DNA of 64,000 nt from Candidatus Wildermuthbacteria bacterium (GCA_963739285.1 CAVTZN010000002.1:1134-65133), one strand, 5' to 3'. Counted from the stretch's first letter, positions 40,105-49,154 are shown. Notes: generated from the sequence alone by a model not told the origin. Numbers and translations: made by a program.

Positions 40105-40636
40105 TCTTTTACCGCCACAGGTAAAAAAGGAATTAGAAATTGAAAGAAAAAGAAAAATAATTATCATTTTGGGAAACCTGTTCCTGGTCTTTTTAATATT
40201 TTTAGGGGTTTTACTGTTCTCGGTTAAAATCTATATTTTAAGCCAGATTGAAGGCCTGAAAACCTTGATTGATTTGGAAAGCGCTTATGTTGATATTCCT
40301 CAGACCAAAGAACTGGAGAAAAATATTACAGAGGCTAACCAAAAATTCTCTAATCTTAATTTATTTTATGAGAACCAGATTGATCTGACCGAAGTGCTGG
40401 GGAAAATATCTTTTCTTTTACCCCTCAATGTTTATTTAACTGATTTTAGTTATCAAAAAGAAAAAAAATTGATAACCCTGGAAGGCTTTGCCAAAAAAAG
40501 AGAAGATTTTCTCGAGTTTAAAAAATCTTTAGAAACAGAAAAAGGGTTCAGTAATTTCTCCTCGCCAATTTCTAATTTAGTAAAACCGACCGATATCAAT
40601 TTTAATATCACTTTTAATTTGACCGATGAACAATGA
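40097..40636 (+). CDS. pilN: PilN-like protein
   Basis: MINLLPPQVKKE plus a single TM; positioned after pilM with overlapping start/stop. Confidence 0.7.
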   Translation: MINLLPPQVKKELEIERKRKIIIILGNLFLVFLIFLGVLLFSVKIYILSQIEGLKTLIDLESAYVDIPQTKELEKNITEANQKFSNLNLFYENQIDLTEVLGKISFLLPLNVYLTDFSYQKEKKLITLEGFAKKREDFLEFKKSLETEKGFSNFSSPISNLVKPTDINFNITFNLTDEQ

Positions 40637-41193
40637 TTAATCCGAAAAGGAAAATTTTCTTCACCAGCGCTTTATTTATTTTCTTGATTTTGGGCACGAT
40701 ATTTTGCCTGGTTGCCCCGCTTTTTTCAACGATAACAAAAGATTCTTCAGAATACCTCTCTCAAAAAGAAAAGCTAATTTCAGTCGAGAAAAAGAAAGGA
40801 GAGTTAACTAATATTGAGAAAACCTATGCCGACACTGAGCCGAATTGGGCGAAAATAGAGGCCATCTTTGTTAAGGCCGAAGAACCGGTAGGATTCATTG
40901 ATTTCCTGGAAAGGGCAGCCCAGCAATTGAATTTATCGATTCAAATTTCCTTGGCGAATAAAGAAACCGAAAAGAAACCTTGGCCAGGAATGTATTTTCA
41001 AATAAAAACGGCCGGTTCATTTTCCAATTTTATGAAATTTTTAGAAAATTTAGAATCGGCTCCCTATTTGATTGAGGTTGAGAATATGGATATAAAAGGG
41101 GTGTCTGGAACCCAAGCAGGGCTCGGAACTCTGAAAAGCCTTAAAACTGGCGACGCCCAGGTTACTTTGGACGTCAAAGTCTATACTAAATAA
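40633..41193 (+). CDS. pilO: PilO-like protein
   Basis: Single TM plus coiled coil. Called on operon position and overlap with pilN. Confidence 0.55.
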   Translation: MINPKRKIFFTSALFIFLILGTIFCLVAPLFSTITKDSSEYLSQKEKLISVEKKKGELTNIEKTYADTEPNWAKIEAIFVKAEEPVGFIDFLERAAQQLNLSIQISLANKETEKKPWPGMYFQIKTAGSFSNFMKFLENLESAPYLIEVENMDIKGVSGTQAGLGTLKSLKTGDAQVTLDVKVYTK

Positions 41194-41198
41194 ATTTT

Positions 41199-41766
41199 AT
41201 GGCAGGAACTCTCAATTTGAATAAAATTAAGATTTTTTTAAAAAAACTCCCCGGGATTTCAGCCGAGAAAACGTTTTTGACGTTTTTAGTGGCTTTCCCT
41301 TTTCGCTTTTCTCTTCGGTGGTTTTGTCTTTTATAAATATGCTTATCTTGTAGAGAAAACCACTCCCGAGGTTTCTGAAAATTTTGTGAAGATTGAAGAA
41401 AAATCATACCAAGATTTGTTAGGTTTTTGGGATTTGAGAGCAAAAAAGATTGAAGAATCAAATTCAAAAAGATACATTAATCCCTTTCAAGAAATAAGAG
41501 AAAAGACAATAGAAACTTCCGTTATTTCTCCGGAATCAGGGAAGGCGAGTGAAGAAGAAACCTTAACTAAGGAGAAAATTGAAGAACTGAAAAAAGCAGC
41601 CACCCTTTACGAATTTTATACAATCAAGGGAGGCGATCTTCCTTTAATAAATGAAAGGGCAAAAGCTTGGAAAGGCAAAGGATTGGGAAGTGCCGAAGAT
41701 TATCAAGGATTTTATGACCAAAATATAAAATTACTGGATGAATTCAAAAAGGAACTGGCCCAGTAA
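41199..41766 (+). CDS. hypothetical single-pass membrane protein, last gene of the pilus operon (frameshift near 41290)
   Basis: MAGTLNLNKIKIFLKKLPGISAEKTFLTF, then the shifted frame LFAFLFGGFVFYKYAYLVEKTTPEV joins ORF 41386-41766. Confidence 0.4.
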
Positions 41767-41845
41767 GCCGGTTATTGAATAAACGATTCTTTTTTGCTAT
41801 AATTCAGAGGCTAAATTTCCTGTCATAATTGACAGGTTAAATCTC

Positions 41846-41917
41846 GCCCCCATAGCTCAATGGACAGAGCAGAGCCCTTCTAAGGCTAAGATCTAGGTTC
41901 GACTCCTGGTGGGGGCA
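41846..41917 (+). tRNA. tRNA-Arg(UCU)
   Basis: GCCCCCA/TGGGGGC acceptor, anticodon loop CTTCTAA, CTAGG-TTCGACT-CCTGG. Confidence 0.75.
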
Positions 41918-41986
41918 TAGTGGCTGTATCTCCCCGTAAAAACTCATTCGGAATTCTAAGGGGCAAGCAACTGTTTATAATTTTAT

Positions 41987-42060
41987 GGTGGCCTTAGTGT
42001 AGTGGTCTAGCACGAGAGTCTGTGGCACTCTCAGGAGGAGTTCGAATCTCCTAGGTCACC
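41987..42060 (+). tRNA. tRNA-His(GUG) with encoded G-1
   Basis: G-1 + GTGGCCT/AGGTCAC + C73; anticodon arm GAGAGT-CTGTGGC-ACTCTC. Confidence 0.8.
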
Positions 42061-42073
42061 CAATCAAAACTTT

Positions 42074-42146
42074 GCCCTTGTCGCTTAATGGATAAAGCAG
42101 TCCCGTCCTAAGGGAAAGATTGGGGGTTCGATTCCCTCCAAGGGCA
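42074..42146 (+). tRNA. tRNA-Arg(CCU)
   Basis: GCCCTTG/CAAGGGC acceptor, loop GTCCTAA, T loop TTCGATT. Confidence 0.7.
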
Positions 42147-42158
42147 TTGAAAATTTAA

Positions 42159-42234
42159 GGGCCCGTAGCTTAGTTGGTAGAGCGCTTCAATGGCATTGAA
42201 GAGGTCACCGGTTCGAGTCCGGTCGGGTCCACCA
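42159..42234 (+). tRNA. tRNA-Ala(GGC), CCA encoded
   Basis: G3:U70 pair, CTTCA-ATGGCAT-TGAAG, T loop TTCGAGT. Confidence 0.85.
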
Positions 42235-42267
42235 AATCCACGATAAGCTTATACCTATATAAAATCT

Positions 42268-42579
42268 ATGAAAAAATCAGAATACCTTTTTAAAAGTTTA
42301 ATAAATGCGTTAGGCGTTCTTGTATATACGTCTGCTGTGGCCTGGATGCTTTTTAATGGAGAAGTTATTTTCGGCAAAGCGTCTAATTTCCTTATGCCGC
42401 TTTTTCTATTACTTTTGTTTGTTATATCGGCGTCCATAACGGGTCTGTTAGTTTTAGGCAAGCCCATTCATTTTTATTTGAACGGTCTTAAAAAAGAGGC
42501 TTTCACCTTGCTTTTTGCTACTTTAGCGTGGCTCACTTTTTTTGCCATCGTGGTTGTGGCTGTACTATTGCTGTTATAA
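42268..42579 (+). CDS. small hypothetical membrane protein (3 TM)
   Basis: ORF with three hydrophobic helices, followed by hairpin AAAAGCCTCATGATGAGGCTTTT (42604-42626). Confidence 0.4.
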   Translation: MKKSEYLFKSLINALGVLVYTSAVAWMLFNGEVIFGKASNFLMPLFLLLLFVISASITGLLVLGKPIHFYLNGLKKEAFTLLFATLAWLTFFAIVVVAVLLLL

Positions 42580-42721
42580 CTTACATGCGAAGTCCACTAT
42601 ATTAAAAGCCTCATGATGAGGCTTTTAATGATGCTTCAATAAATTCAGCATCAATCCTGAGTTTATCGAACGGATTGATTTTTATGATTTAAAATGATAT
42701 TTTAAAGGATGATTTCTTTTC

Positions 42722-42808
42722 GGTGGGGTGCTAGAGTGGTTGAATAGGCCGCACTCGAAATGCGGTACTCCGGAAACGGGGTCGTGAGTTCGAATCTCAC
42801 CCCCACCG
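42722..42808 (+). tRNA. tRNA-Ser(CGA), long variable arm
   Basis: GGTGGGG/CCCCACC acceptor, CCGCA-CTCGAAA-TGCGG, variable arm CTCCGGAAACGGGG. Confidence 0.8.
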
Positions 42809-42937
42809 CGATAAAATTAATTTTTAAAATCTATCCCGTTAAAAGCAAGGGCGTTAAATAATACGAAAGAAAATTTTTACCGCGATAATTATTAATTTTT
42901 AAAATCTAAGACCTCGATTTTTTCTCAATATCGTAAT

Positions 42938-43396
42938 ATGCAAAACTTATTTTTTTTCATAATTGCAGGCGTATTATTTCTCTTCATTATTTTAGTCGCT
43001 TTTTATCTTCTCCGATTGAAAAGAAGATTAGACCTTTTCTTCAAAGGCTCTCAGGCGAAAGATTTAGAAGGGGTGATAGCCGAGCAACTGAAGAAATTAA
43101 AGAAGCAGGACAAAGATATCAAGAAAATTTTTGAAGAGGTTTCTAAATTGGACGAAATTTCTCAAAAAAGTTTTCAGAAAATTGGCGTGATAAGGTATAA
43201 CCCTTTCAAGGATGCTGGCGGGGACCAGAGTTTTTCCATCTCTTTGCTCGATGCCAAAGACAATGGTTTTGTTCTGACCAGCCTTTATAGCCGAGAAGGA
43301 ATGAGGGTTTATGCTAAGCCTATAAAAGAAGGCAATTCTGAATACCCTTTATCTGAAGAAGAAAAAGAAGCGGTTGGAAAAGCAAAAAACTCTTAA
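42938..43396 (+). CDS. DUF4446-family protein
   Basis: N-terminal TM, and GVIRYNPFKDAGGDQSFSISLLDAKDNGFVLTSLYSREGMRVYAKPI. Confidence 0.65.
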   Translation: MQNLFFFIIAGVLFLFIILVAFYLLRLKRRLDLFFKGSQAKDLEGVIAEQLKKLKKQDKDIKKIFEEVSKLDEISQKSFQKIGVIRYNPFKDAGGDQSFSISLLDAKDNGFVLTSLYSREGMRVYAKPIKEGNSEYPLSEEEKEAVGKAKNS

Positions 43397-44906
43397 TTTA
43401 AACATGATTAAAAAAGATGCAAAAAATTTGAATTTAATTTCTAGACCGCCAGTAGTTGTGGTTTTGGGTCATGTTGACCATGGGAAAACGACAATTCTAG
43501 ATTATATCCGAAAAACAAAAGTAGCTGAAAAGGAAAAAGGGGGGATCACCCAGCACATCGGGGCTTATGAAGTTGAAAAAAACGGCAAAAAAATTACTTT
43601 TATTGATACTCCTGGCCACGAGGCCTTTTCAGCCATGCGAGGCAGGGGGGCAAAAGTGGCCGACATCGCCATTTTGGTGGTGGCAGCTGAAGAAGGAGTA
43701 AAACCGCAGACAAAAGAGGCAATCTCCCATATCAAGAAAGCCGGCATCCCCATGATTGTCGCTATAAATAAAATTGACAAGACCGAAGCTAATCCGGAAA
43801 AAGTGAAAAGGGAATTGGCCGAAAATGATGTTTTGGTCGAAAAATTAGGCGGCAAAATCCCCTCGGTTGAGGTTTCGGCTAAAACTGGCCAGGGGACAGA
43901 AGATTTATTAGAATTGATAATTTTAGTAGCGGAAATGGAAAAATTAGAAGGAGATGTTTCAAAGCCAGCCGAAGGTTTGGTAGTTGAATACTATTTAGAT
44001 GCTCTGCGAGGGCCAACCGCCACCCTGCTTTTAAGAGATGGAGTTTTGAATGCTTCAGATATAATCGGAACAGCTTCAGCCATCGGCAAGGTCAAATCTT
44101 TAGAGAATTTTCAGGGAATTTCAATTAAAAAAGCGTTTCCTTCCCAGCCCGTAGTCGTTTTGGGCTTTGAAAAAGTGCCTCAAGTAGGAGAAAAATTTAA
44201 GGTTTTTTCTGACATTAATGACGCTCAAAAATATATTGAGAAGAAAGAAAGAAAGGCTGGTGGAGGAGAGGTGCTGGTGATCGGGCCCGACCAAAAGGTT
44301 CTTAATTTAATTTTAAAGGCAGATGTTTTGGGCTCCCTGGAAGCGATTGAAAACGTTTTAGAGGGCCTGCCGCAGGAAAAAGTTGTTTTGAGAATTTTGA
44401 AAAAAGAAGTGGGAGAAATAAATGAATCGGACGTGAGGTTGGCTAGCTCTGCCAAAGCCAAAATTTTAGGATTTAGGGTGAAAGTAAGCCCTATTGCTGT
44501 AGAAGTTAAAGAGAAACTAAAGGTTGGGCTTTTGGCCTTTGACGTGATTTATGACCTTGTTCAAGCGTTAAGAACCTTAATGGAAAAGTTAGTTGAGCCA
44601 GAAATTATTAAAACAACGATGGGGAAGGTAAAAATTTTAGCTATTTTTAAACGAGAGGCAAATCGGCAAGTCATCGGCGGAAAAGTTATTGAAGGGGAAG
44701 TAAAATCAGGGGCTAGGATAGAAGTCTTTAGGGGAGAGGAAAAAGTTGGTGAAGGAAAACTGGTTAATCTTCAGAAAAATAAAAAAGACGCAGAAAAAGC
44801 TTTGAGGGGAGAGGAATGCGGTCTTTTATACCAAGGAGAAGGAAATGTCGAAGAAGGAGACGTGTTAGTCATTTATCAAGAGGAAAGAAAAAAAGGCGAG
44901 CTTTAA
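43374..44906 (+). CDS. infB: translation initiation factor IF-2 (short form; true start may be the ATG at 43404)
   Basis: RPPVVVVLGHVDHGKTT, DTPGHEAF and NKID. Confidence 0.9.
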   Translation: MEKQKTLNLNMIKKDAKNLNLISRPPVVVVLGHVDHGKTTILDYIRKTKVAEKEKGGITQHIGAYEVEKNGKKITFIDTPGHEAFSAMRGRGAKVADIAILVVAAEEGVKPQTKEAISHIKKAGIPMIVAINKIDKTEANPEKVKRELAENDVLVEKLGGKIPSVEVSAKTGQGTEDLLELIILVAEMEKLEGDVSKPAEGLVVEYYLDALRGPTATLLLRDGVLNASDIIGTASAIGKVKSLENFQGISIKKAFPSQPVVVLGFEKVPQVGEKFKVFSDINDAQKYIEKKERKAGGGEVLVIGPDQKVLNLILKADVLGSLEAIENVLEGLPQEKVVLRILKKEVGEINESDVRLASSAKAKILGFRVKVSPIAVEVKEKLKVGLLAFDVIYDLVQALRTLMEKLVEPEIIKTTMGKVKILAIFKREANRQVIGGKVIEGEVKSGARIEVFRGEEKVGEGKLVNLQKNKKDAEKALRGEECGLLYQGEGNVEEGDVLVIYQEERKKGEL

Positions 44907-44910
44907 TTTT

Positions 44911-45249
44911 ATGTCAAAGCGCCTCCAACGAGTTAACGAGCTTTTAAAAAGGGAAATATCAAAAATTATCCTGCGAGAGGTTGATTTCCCTGAAGATGCT
45001 TTAGTTACCGTGACCAGAGTTGAGACTTTGAGCGGTCTGAAAGAGTCTAAGGTTTGGATTTCTGTTCTTCCGGAAAACCAAAGAGCGGGAGTGGTCAAAA
45101 TTTTAAACCGCCAGATTTACAATCTTCAGCAAAAAATTAATAAACTTCTCAAAATGAGGCCTATACCGAAATTAAAATTTATTGACGAAAAAGAAGTGCA
45201 AGAAGCGGCTAGGATTGAAGAGCTTTTAGGAAAAATTAAAGATGTCTAA
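44911..45249 (+). CDS. rbfA: ribosome-binding factor A
   Basis: RVNELLKREISKIILREV; infB-rbfA synteny. Confidence 0.85.
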   Translation: MSKRLQRVNELLKREISKIILREVDFPEDALVTVTRVETLSGLKESKVWISVLPENQRAGVVKILNRQIYNLQQKINKLLKMRPIPKLKFIDEKEVQEAARIEELLGKIKDV

Positions 45250-46208
45250 CAGAATTTCAGAACAATTTCAGAGAGTTAACGAACTATTAAAGGGGGCCCA
45301 AAACATTTTTATTACCTCTCATGAAAGCCCGGATGCCGATGCCGTAGGTTCTATTTTGGCGATGAGCTTTGCCTTAGATAGGCAAAATTTTAAAAATTTT
45401 ATTTACTTACCAGATGAGGCCCCCCAATATCTAAGTTTTTTGCCGGGCTTCGAGAAACTTAAAAAAGAAATTCCCTCTTTTGACTTTGACCTTCTCGTCT
45501 GTCTTGATTATGGAGATTTCGAAAGATTAAAATTGCCTCAAAACTTTTCTGAAAAAAAAATTATTACCCTCGACCATCATTTGGCAAGCGAACAAAAGGG
45601 TAATATAAAAATTATAAATCCTGAACTTTCCTCAACTGCCGAAATTATTTATTTATGGCTTACTGAGTCGGGATTAGAAATTGATAAAGAGATTGCCACC
45701 TGTCTATTGGCTGGAATTATCTCTGATACGGGCGGGTTCAAACACGTTTCCACCTCTCCCCAGACCTTAGAGATATGCTTCGCATTTAATTTCCCTCGGT
45801 GCTCCCTTAGAACTGATTTCGCGCCAGGTTTTGACATCGGGCAAATCCCTGGCCGCTTCAAAAATTTGGGCAGAAGCTCTTTCCAGGGTTACTCTTGATT
45901 TTGAAAATAAATTTGCTTTTAGCTGGATTTCTTTTGATGATTTAAAGAAACATCAGGTTTCCCTTTCTGATTTAAACGGAGCTTCTAGCTTGATTTCAAC
46001 GATTTCTGGAGCTTCCGTGTCTCTTTTTCTGGTTGAATATGAAAAAGGGAAAATAAAGGGATCTCTTCGTTCAGAGCCATATAAGGGGAAAAAGATTGAC
46101 GAAATAGCCAAGGCCATGGGCGGCAACGGTCATTCCTATGCCGCTGGTTTTAAGCAGGAAGGGAGCATTGAAGAAGTTATAAAGAGAGTATATAATCTAA
46201 TCAGTTAA
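45242..46208 (+). CDS. DHH/DHHA1 phosphoesterase (NrnA-like), frameshift near 45770-45830
   Basis: ITSHESPDADAVGS, LDHHL and GGNGHSYAAGF. Confidence 0.75.
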
Positions 46209-46284
46209 AAATGGCCTGCCCTCCCAAGTTTTTGAAAAGCTTCACAAATTTTCATCAATTTGACTTAATTCAAAAATTTAGGAG

Positions 46285-46357
46285 GGCCTGGTAGCCAAGT
46301 AGCTAAGGCAACGGTCTGCAAAACCGTTATACGTGGGTGCAATTCCCACCCAGGCCT
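46285..46357 (+). tRNA. tRNA-Cys(GCA)
   Basis: GGCCTGG/CCAGGCC acceptor, ACGGT-CTGCAAA-ACCGT, T arm GTGGG-TGCAATT-CCCAC (G at position 55). Confidence 0.8.
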
Positions 46358-46366
46358 TAAAAGTCT

Positions 46367-46449
46367 GCCGGGGTGTCGTAATGGTAGCCGAAACAGACTT
46401 AAAATCTGTCGAGCGAAAGCTCATGAGGGTTCGACTCCCTCCCCCGGCA
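46367..46449 (+). tRNA. tRNA-Leu(UAA)
   Basis: GCCGGGG/CCCCGGC acceptor, ACAGA-CTTAAAA-TCTGT, long variable arm. Confidence 0.85.
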
Positions 46450-46453
46450 CCCT

Positions 46454-47209
46454 ATGGCTTTATCGACAAAACCAAGAATTTTCAAGAAAGTTAATTCAGA
46501 TTTCTTTAAAAACTGGACCCCTCAAATGGGTTATATTTTAGGCTATATCGTCGCCGACGGTTGTATTTATAAGAGAAAAAACCGAAAAAATAGTTATACT
46601 CTAAATATAACTTCTAAAGATAAAGATAATTTATTAAAGATGGGAAAAAATTTAAGTCCAGATTGCTGTATAAGTACAAAATACAATTCCCAAAGGATGC
46701 CTTATTCCCAAATTCAGATTTCAAACAGAGAAATTTGTGAAGATTTAATAAGTTTAGGAGTATCTTCTAAGAAAAATTATAATTCAGATTTCTTAAAAAT
46801 TCCCAAGAAGTTTTTTCCCGATTTTACTCGAGGATTTTTTGACGGAGATGGAACAGTTTATATCTACAAAGTTAACGGTACACCACAGATTAAAGCAGGA
46901 TTTGTAAGTCCTAATTTATCTTTCATTACAGAATTTAACAAACAGCTCTGCGAAACCATCGGTATCCAATGTAAAGCTGTTCATAGATTTCATTCAAAAA
47001 ATAAAAAAGTTCCTTTATATAATATTTGTTTCTATATCGATGATTGCGAGAAACTAGCCAGTTTTATGTATAGAAATAATCCAACATTATATCTTTCTCG
47101 CAAGCGAAAAATTTTTGAGAAATGGAAATTAATTAAACGGCGCGATTATATTAAACAGAACTATCCCTCAAAGATCGGTTGGCAATTAAATCAAAAAGTT
47201 CTCGTTTAA
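46454..47209 (+). CDS. double-motif LAGLIDADG homing endonuclease, free-standing
   Basis: ILGYIVADGC and FTRGFFDGDGTV motifs about 100 aa apart. The ATG lies 4 nt after the tRNA-Leu 3' end. Confidence 0.8.
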   Translation: MALSTKPRIFKKVNSDFFKNWTPQMGYILGYIVADGCIYKRKNRKNSYTLNITSKDKDNLLKMGKNLSPDCCISTKYNSQRMPYSQIQISNREICEDLISLGVSSKKNYNSDFLKIPKKFFPDFTRGFFDGDGTVYIYKVNGTPQIKAGFVSPNLSFITEFNKQLCETIGIQCKAVHRFHSKNKKVPLYNICFYIDDCEKLASFMYRNNPTLYLSRKRKIFEKWKLIKRRDYIKQNYPSKIGWQLNQKVLV

Positions 47210-47310
47210 AAAGCCGCCAAAGAACTCCGATAAAAACATCGGCTCGAACCATACTTAGTAAAAGAAAAATTTTCATAAAGGTCGAGGTAAAAACAAAGTC
47301 ATAAAAAATT

Positions 47311-47838
47311 ATGTATTGTGAAAAATGTGGGACAAAATTAGAAGAAGGAACTCAATTTTGTCCTAAATGTGGAATATCAGTAACTCCGGTAAGCGCAGAA
47401 TCTTTTCAGGCTCCCCCTAAACCGAAGAAAAAAAGATCAGTAGTTCCTATTATAATAATAGCTGTTGTTGTGGGTATCATACCTATTGGAATTTTTACCT
47501 CCATTGTTTTAGTTTCTATGAATGGAGCAAGAGAAGCGGCTAGAGATGTAGCTAGGCAAGCAGACATGCGCATGATAAGTACTGCCCAGGAAATTTATTA
47601 TGGCGAAAACGACGCTTATTATACATCTGTTAACTATCCTTCAAGGATTGGATCCTATATGACAAAAACTCCAAATGACCCGAAAGATAATATTTATATT
47701 TGGATTAATAACACTAGTGATCCTAAAAAATTCTGTGTTTATGCTAGCCTTGAAAAAGGGGGATATTATACTGCGTCGCATCGTGGAAGTTTTAAATGTT
47801 CTGATGCTATCCCGACTTTAACTGATTGTTGTTTCTAA
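47311..47838 (+). CDS. zinc-ribbon / TM / type IV pilin-like globular domain protein (no prepilin cleavage motif)
   Basis: CEKCGTKLEEGTQFCPKCG, a TM segment, then IVLVSMNGAREAARDVARQADMRMISTAQEIYYGENDAYY and TPNDP...YASLE, resembling a pilin alpha1-C/beta domain. Confidence 0.55.
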   Translation: MYCEKCGTKLEEGTQFCPKCGISVTPVSAESFQAPPKPKKKRSVVPIIIIAVVVGIIPIGIFTSIVLVSMNGAREAARDVARQADMRMISTAQEIYYGENDAYYTSVNYPSRIGSYMTKTPNDPKDNIYIWINNTSDPKKFCVYASLEKGGYYTASHRGSFKCSDAIPTLTDCCF

Positions 47839-47888
47839 CAGTAGCAAAGAACAATAACTAAAATTAAATTATAAATAAGCAAAATATT

Positions 47889-48410
47889 ATGCATTGCAAG
47901 TATTGCGGAGCACCAATTTTACTCGGTGCGATATTTTGTAGAAATTGTGGTAAACAACTTCAAGAAGAACTTCTTAAATTAAACATAAAGAAGGGCTGGC
48001 TTCGGGTTCTTTTGTTTTCTATTTTTAGTTCCGGTTTTTATCAGATTTATTGGTATTACATTACCTCGAAGTTAGTGAAAGATTTCTTAAAAGAGGATTA
48101 TAGTCCCAGCTTGAGGACGCTGGGTCTATTTGTGCCGATTTTAGGTTGGTTTATGATTTATTATCTCATTGATGATATCTCTCGATTACAAGAAGAAGCC
48201 GATATTGAATCTCCAATTTCTCCTGGCTGGATGTTAGTTTTAGCTATCTTTACTAAGGGTTTTATATACCCAGCCGTAACCCAAAATGAATTTAATCAGT
48301 ATTTAGATGTTAAAACAGGAAACAGGGCTAGCGTTTCAAAGATTTCTATTATTGAGATACTATTTATTGTCTTTTCTATTCTAATATTAATAGGATTTCT
48401 AATGGGGTAA
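47889..48410 (+). CDS. zinc-ribbon + multi-TM (DUF4234-like) membrane protein
   Basis: CKYCGAPILLGAIFCRNCG followed by 4 hydrophobic helices. Confidence 0.5.
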   Translation: MHCKYCGAPILLGAIFCRNCGKQLQEELLKLNIKKGWLRVLLFSIFSSGFYQIYWYYITSKLVKDFLKEDYSPSLRTLGLFVPILGWFMIYYLIDDISRLQEEADIESPISPGWMLVLAIFTKGFIYPAVTQNEFNQYLDVKTGNRASVSKISIIEILFIVFSILILIGFLMG

Positions 48411-48484
48411 AAAGTAAAAGCAGAATCCTTCAATTAAATGCTTTCCATCCTTAGTTTTTAGAATAAATTGCCGCCAAACAAAAA

Positions 48485-48513
48485 CCGCCCCGCTTATAGC
48501 GGGGCGGTTTTTT
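48485..48513. terminator. bidirectional terminator
   Basis: CCGCCCCGC-TTATA-GCGGGGCGG flanked by an A-run and a T-run, between convergent genes. Confidence 0.75.
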
Positions 48514-48518
48514 GAAAG

Positions 48519-49064
48519 TTATTCTTCTTCAACGATTTCCATTATAGTTGATTTTGCCCCAAAGTTCTTGGCTTCCCAATAAGAAGGGAACCAAATATCA
48601 ATCTGATAATTACCTTTTCTTGAATTCATTCTATCTTCGATTACAAAAATTTTGTCGCCATAAATTCCTGGAAGCCGGATTTTTGTTCCGAAAGGCAGAA
48701 GATTATTAGCCACCACTCCATCTCTGACTAAGGTTCCGGCAGCGGTAAGATAAGGATGACTGTCGGTTTGCCAGACCGTAGAAGAGTAAGCGGTGACGAT
48801 TACCTCAATTTGTTCAGCGACGACAAAGTTATCCTGGTGCTCCAGAGGATTAGGGATCGGCAGAAGAGCGTTTTCCTGAATAGCTGAAAACTGGGAGACA
48901 TCCAGGTTCTCATTAGGAAGCGTCTCAAAATCCGCCTCAGCTGCTGGCGTTTTAGTCTCAAAAAAGGGCAAAATTCCAGTTAAGCCAACCAAAACTAAGG
49001 GAATTAGGGCGTATAGCTCCACTCTTTTTCTAAAAAGAGGGAGCTTTTTAGAGTTTGTAGGCAT
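48519..49064 (-). CDS. 3D-domain (MltA/RlpA-like double-psi beta-barrel) secreted protein
   Basis: VTAYSSTVWQTDSHPYLTAAGTLVRDGVVANNLLPFGTKIRLPG ... IEDRMNSRKGNYQIDIW. Confidence 0.7.
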   Translation of the reverse strand: MPTNSKKLPLFRKRVELYALIPLVLVGLTGILPFFETKTPAAEADFETLPNENLDVSQFSAIQENALLPIPNPLEHQDNFVVAEQIEVIVTAYSSTVWQTDSHPYLTAAGTLVRDGVVANNLLPFGTKIRLPGIYGDKIFVIEDRMNSRKGNYQIDIWFPSYWEAKNFGAKSTIMEIVEEE

Positions 49065-49154
49065 CTTAAAACCCCCTTACGGGGGTTCTACCATATTAGC
49101 AAATCCACAGGGGCTGTCAAGCCCTTCTTCTTGCAAGCAAGGTGAAGGGCTAAT

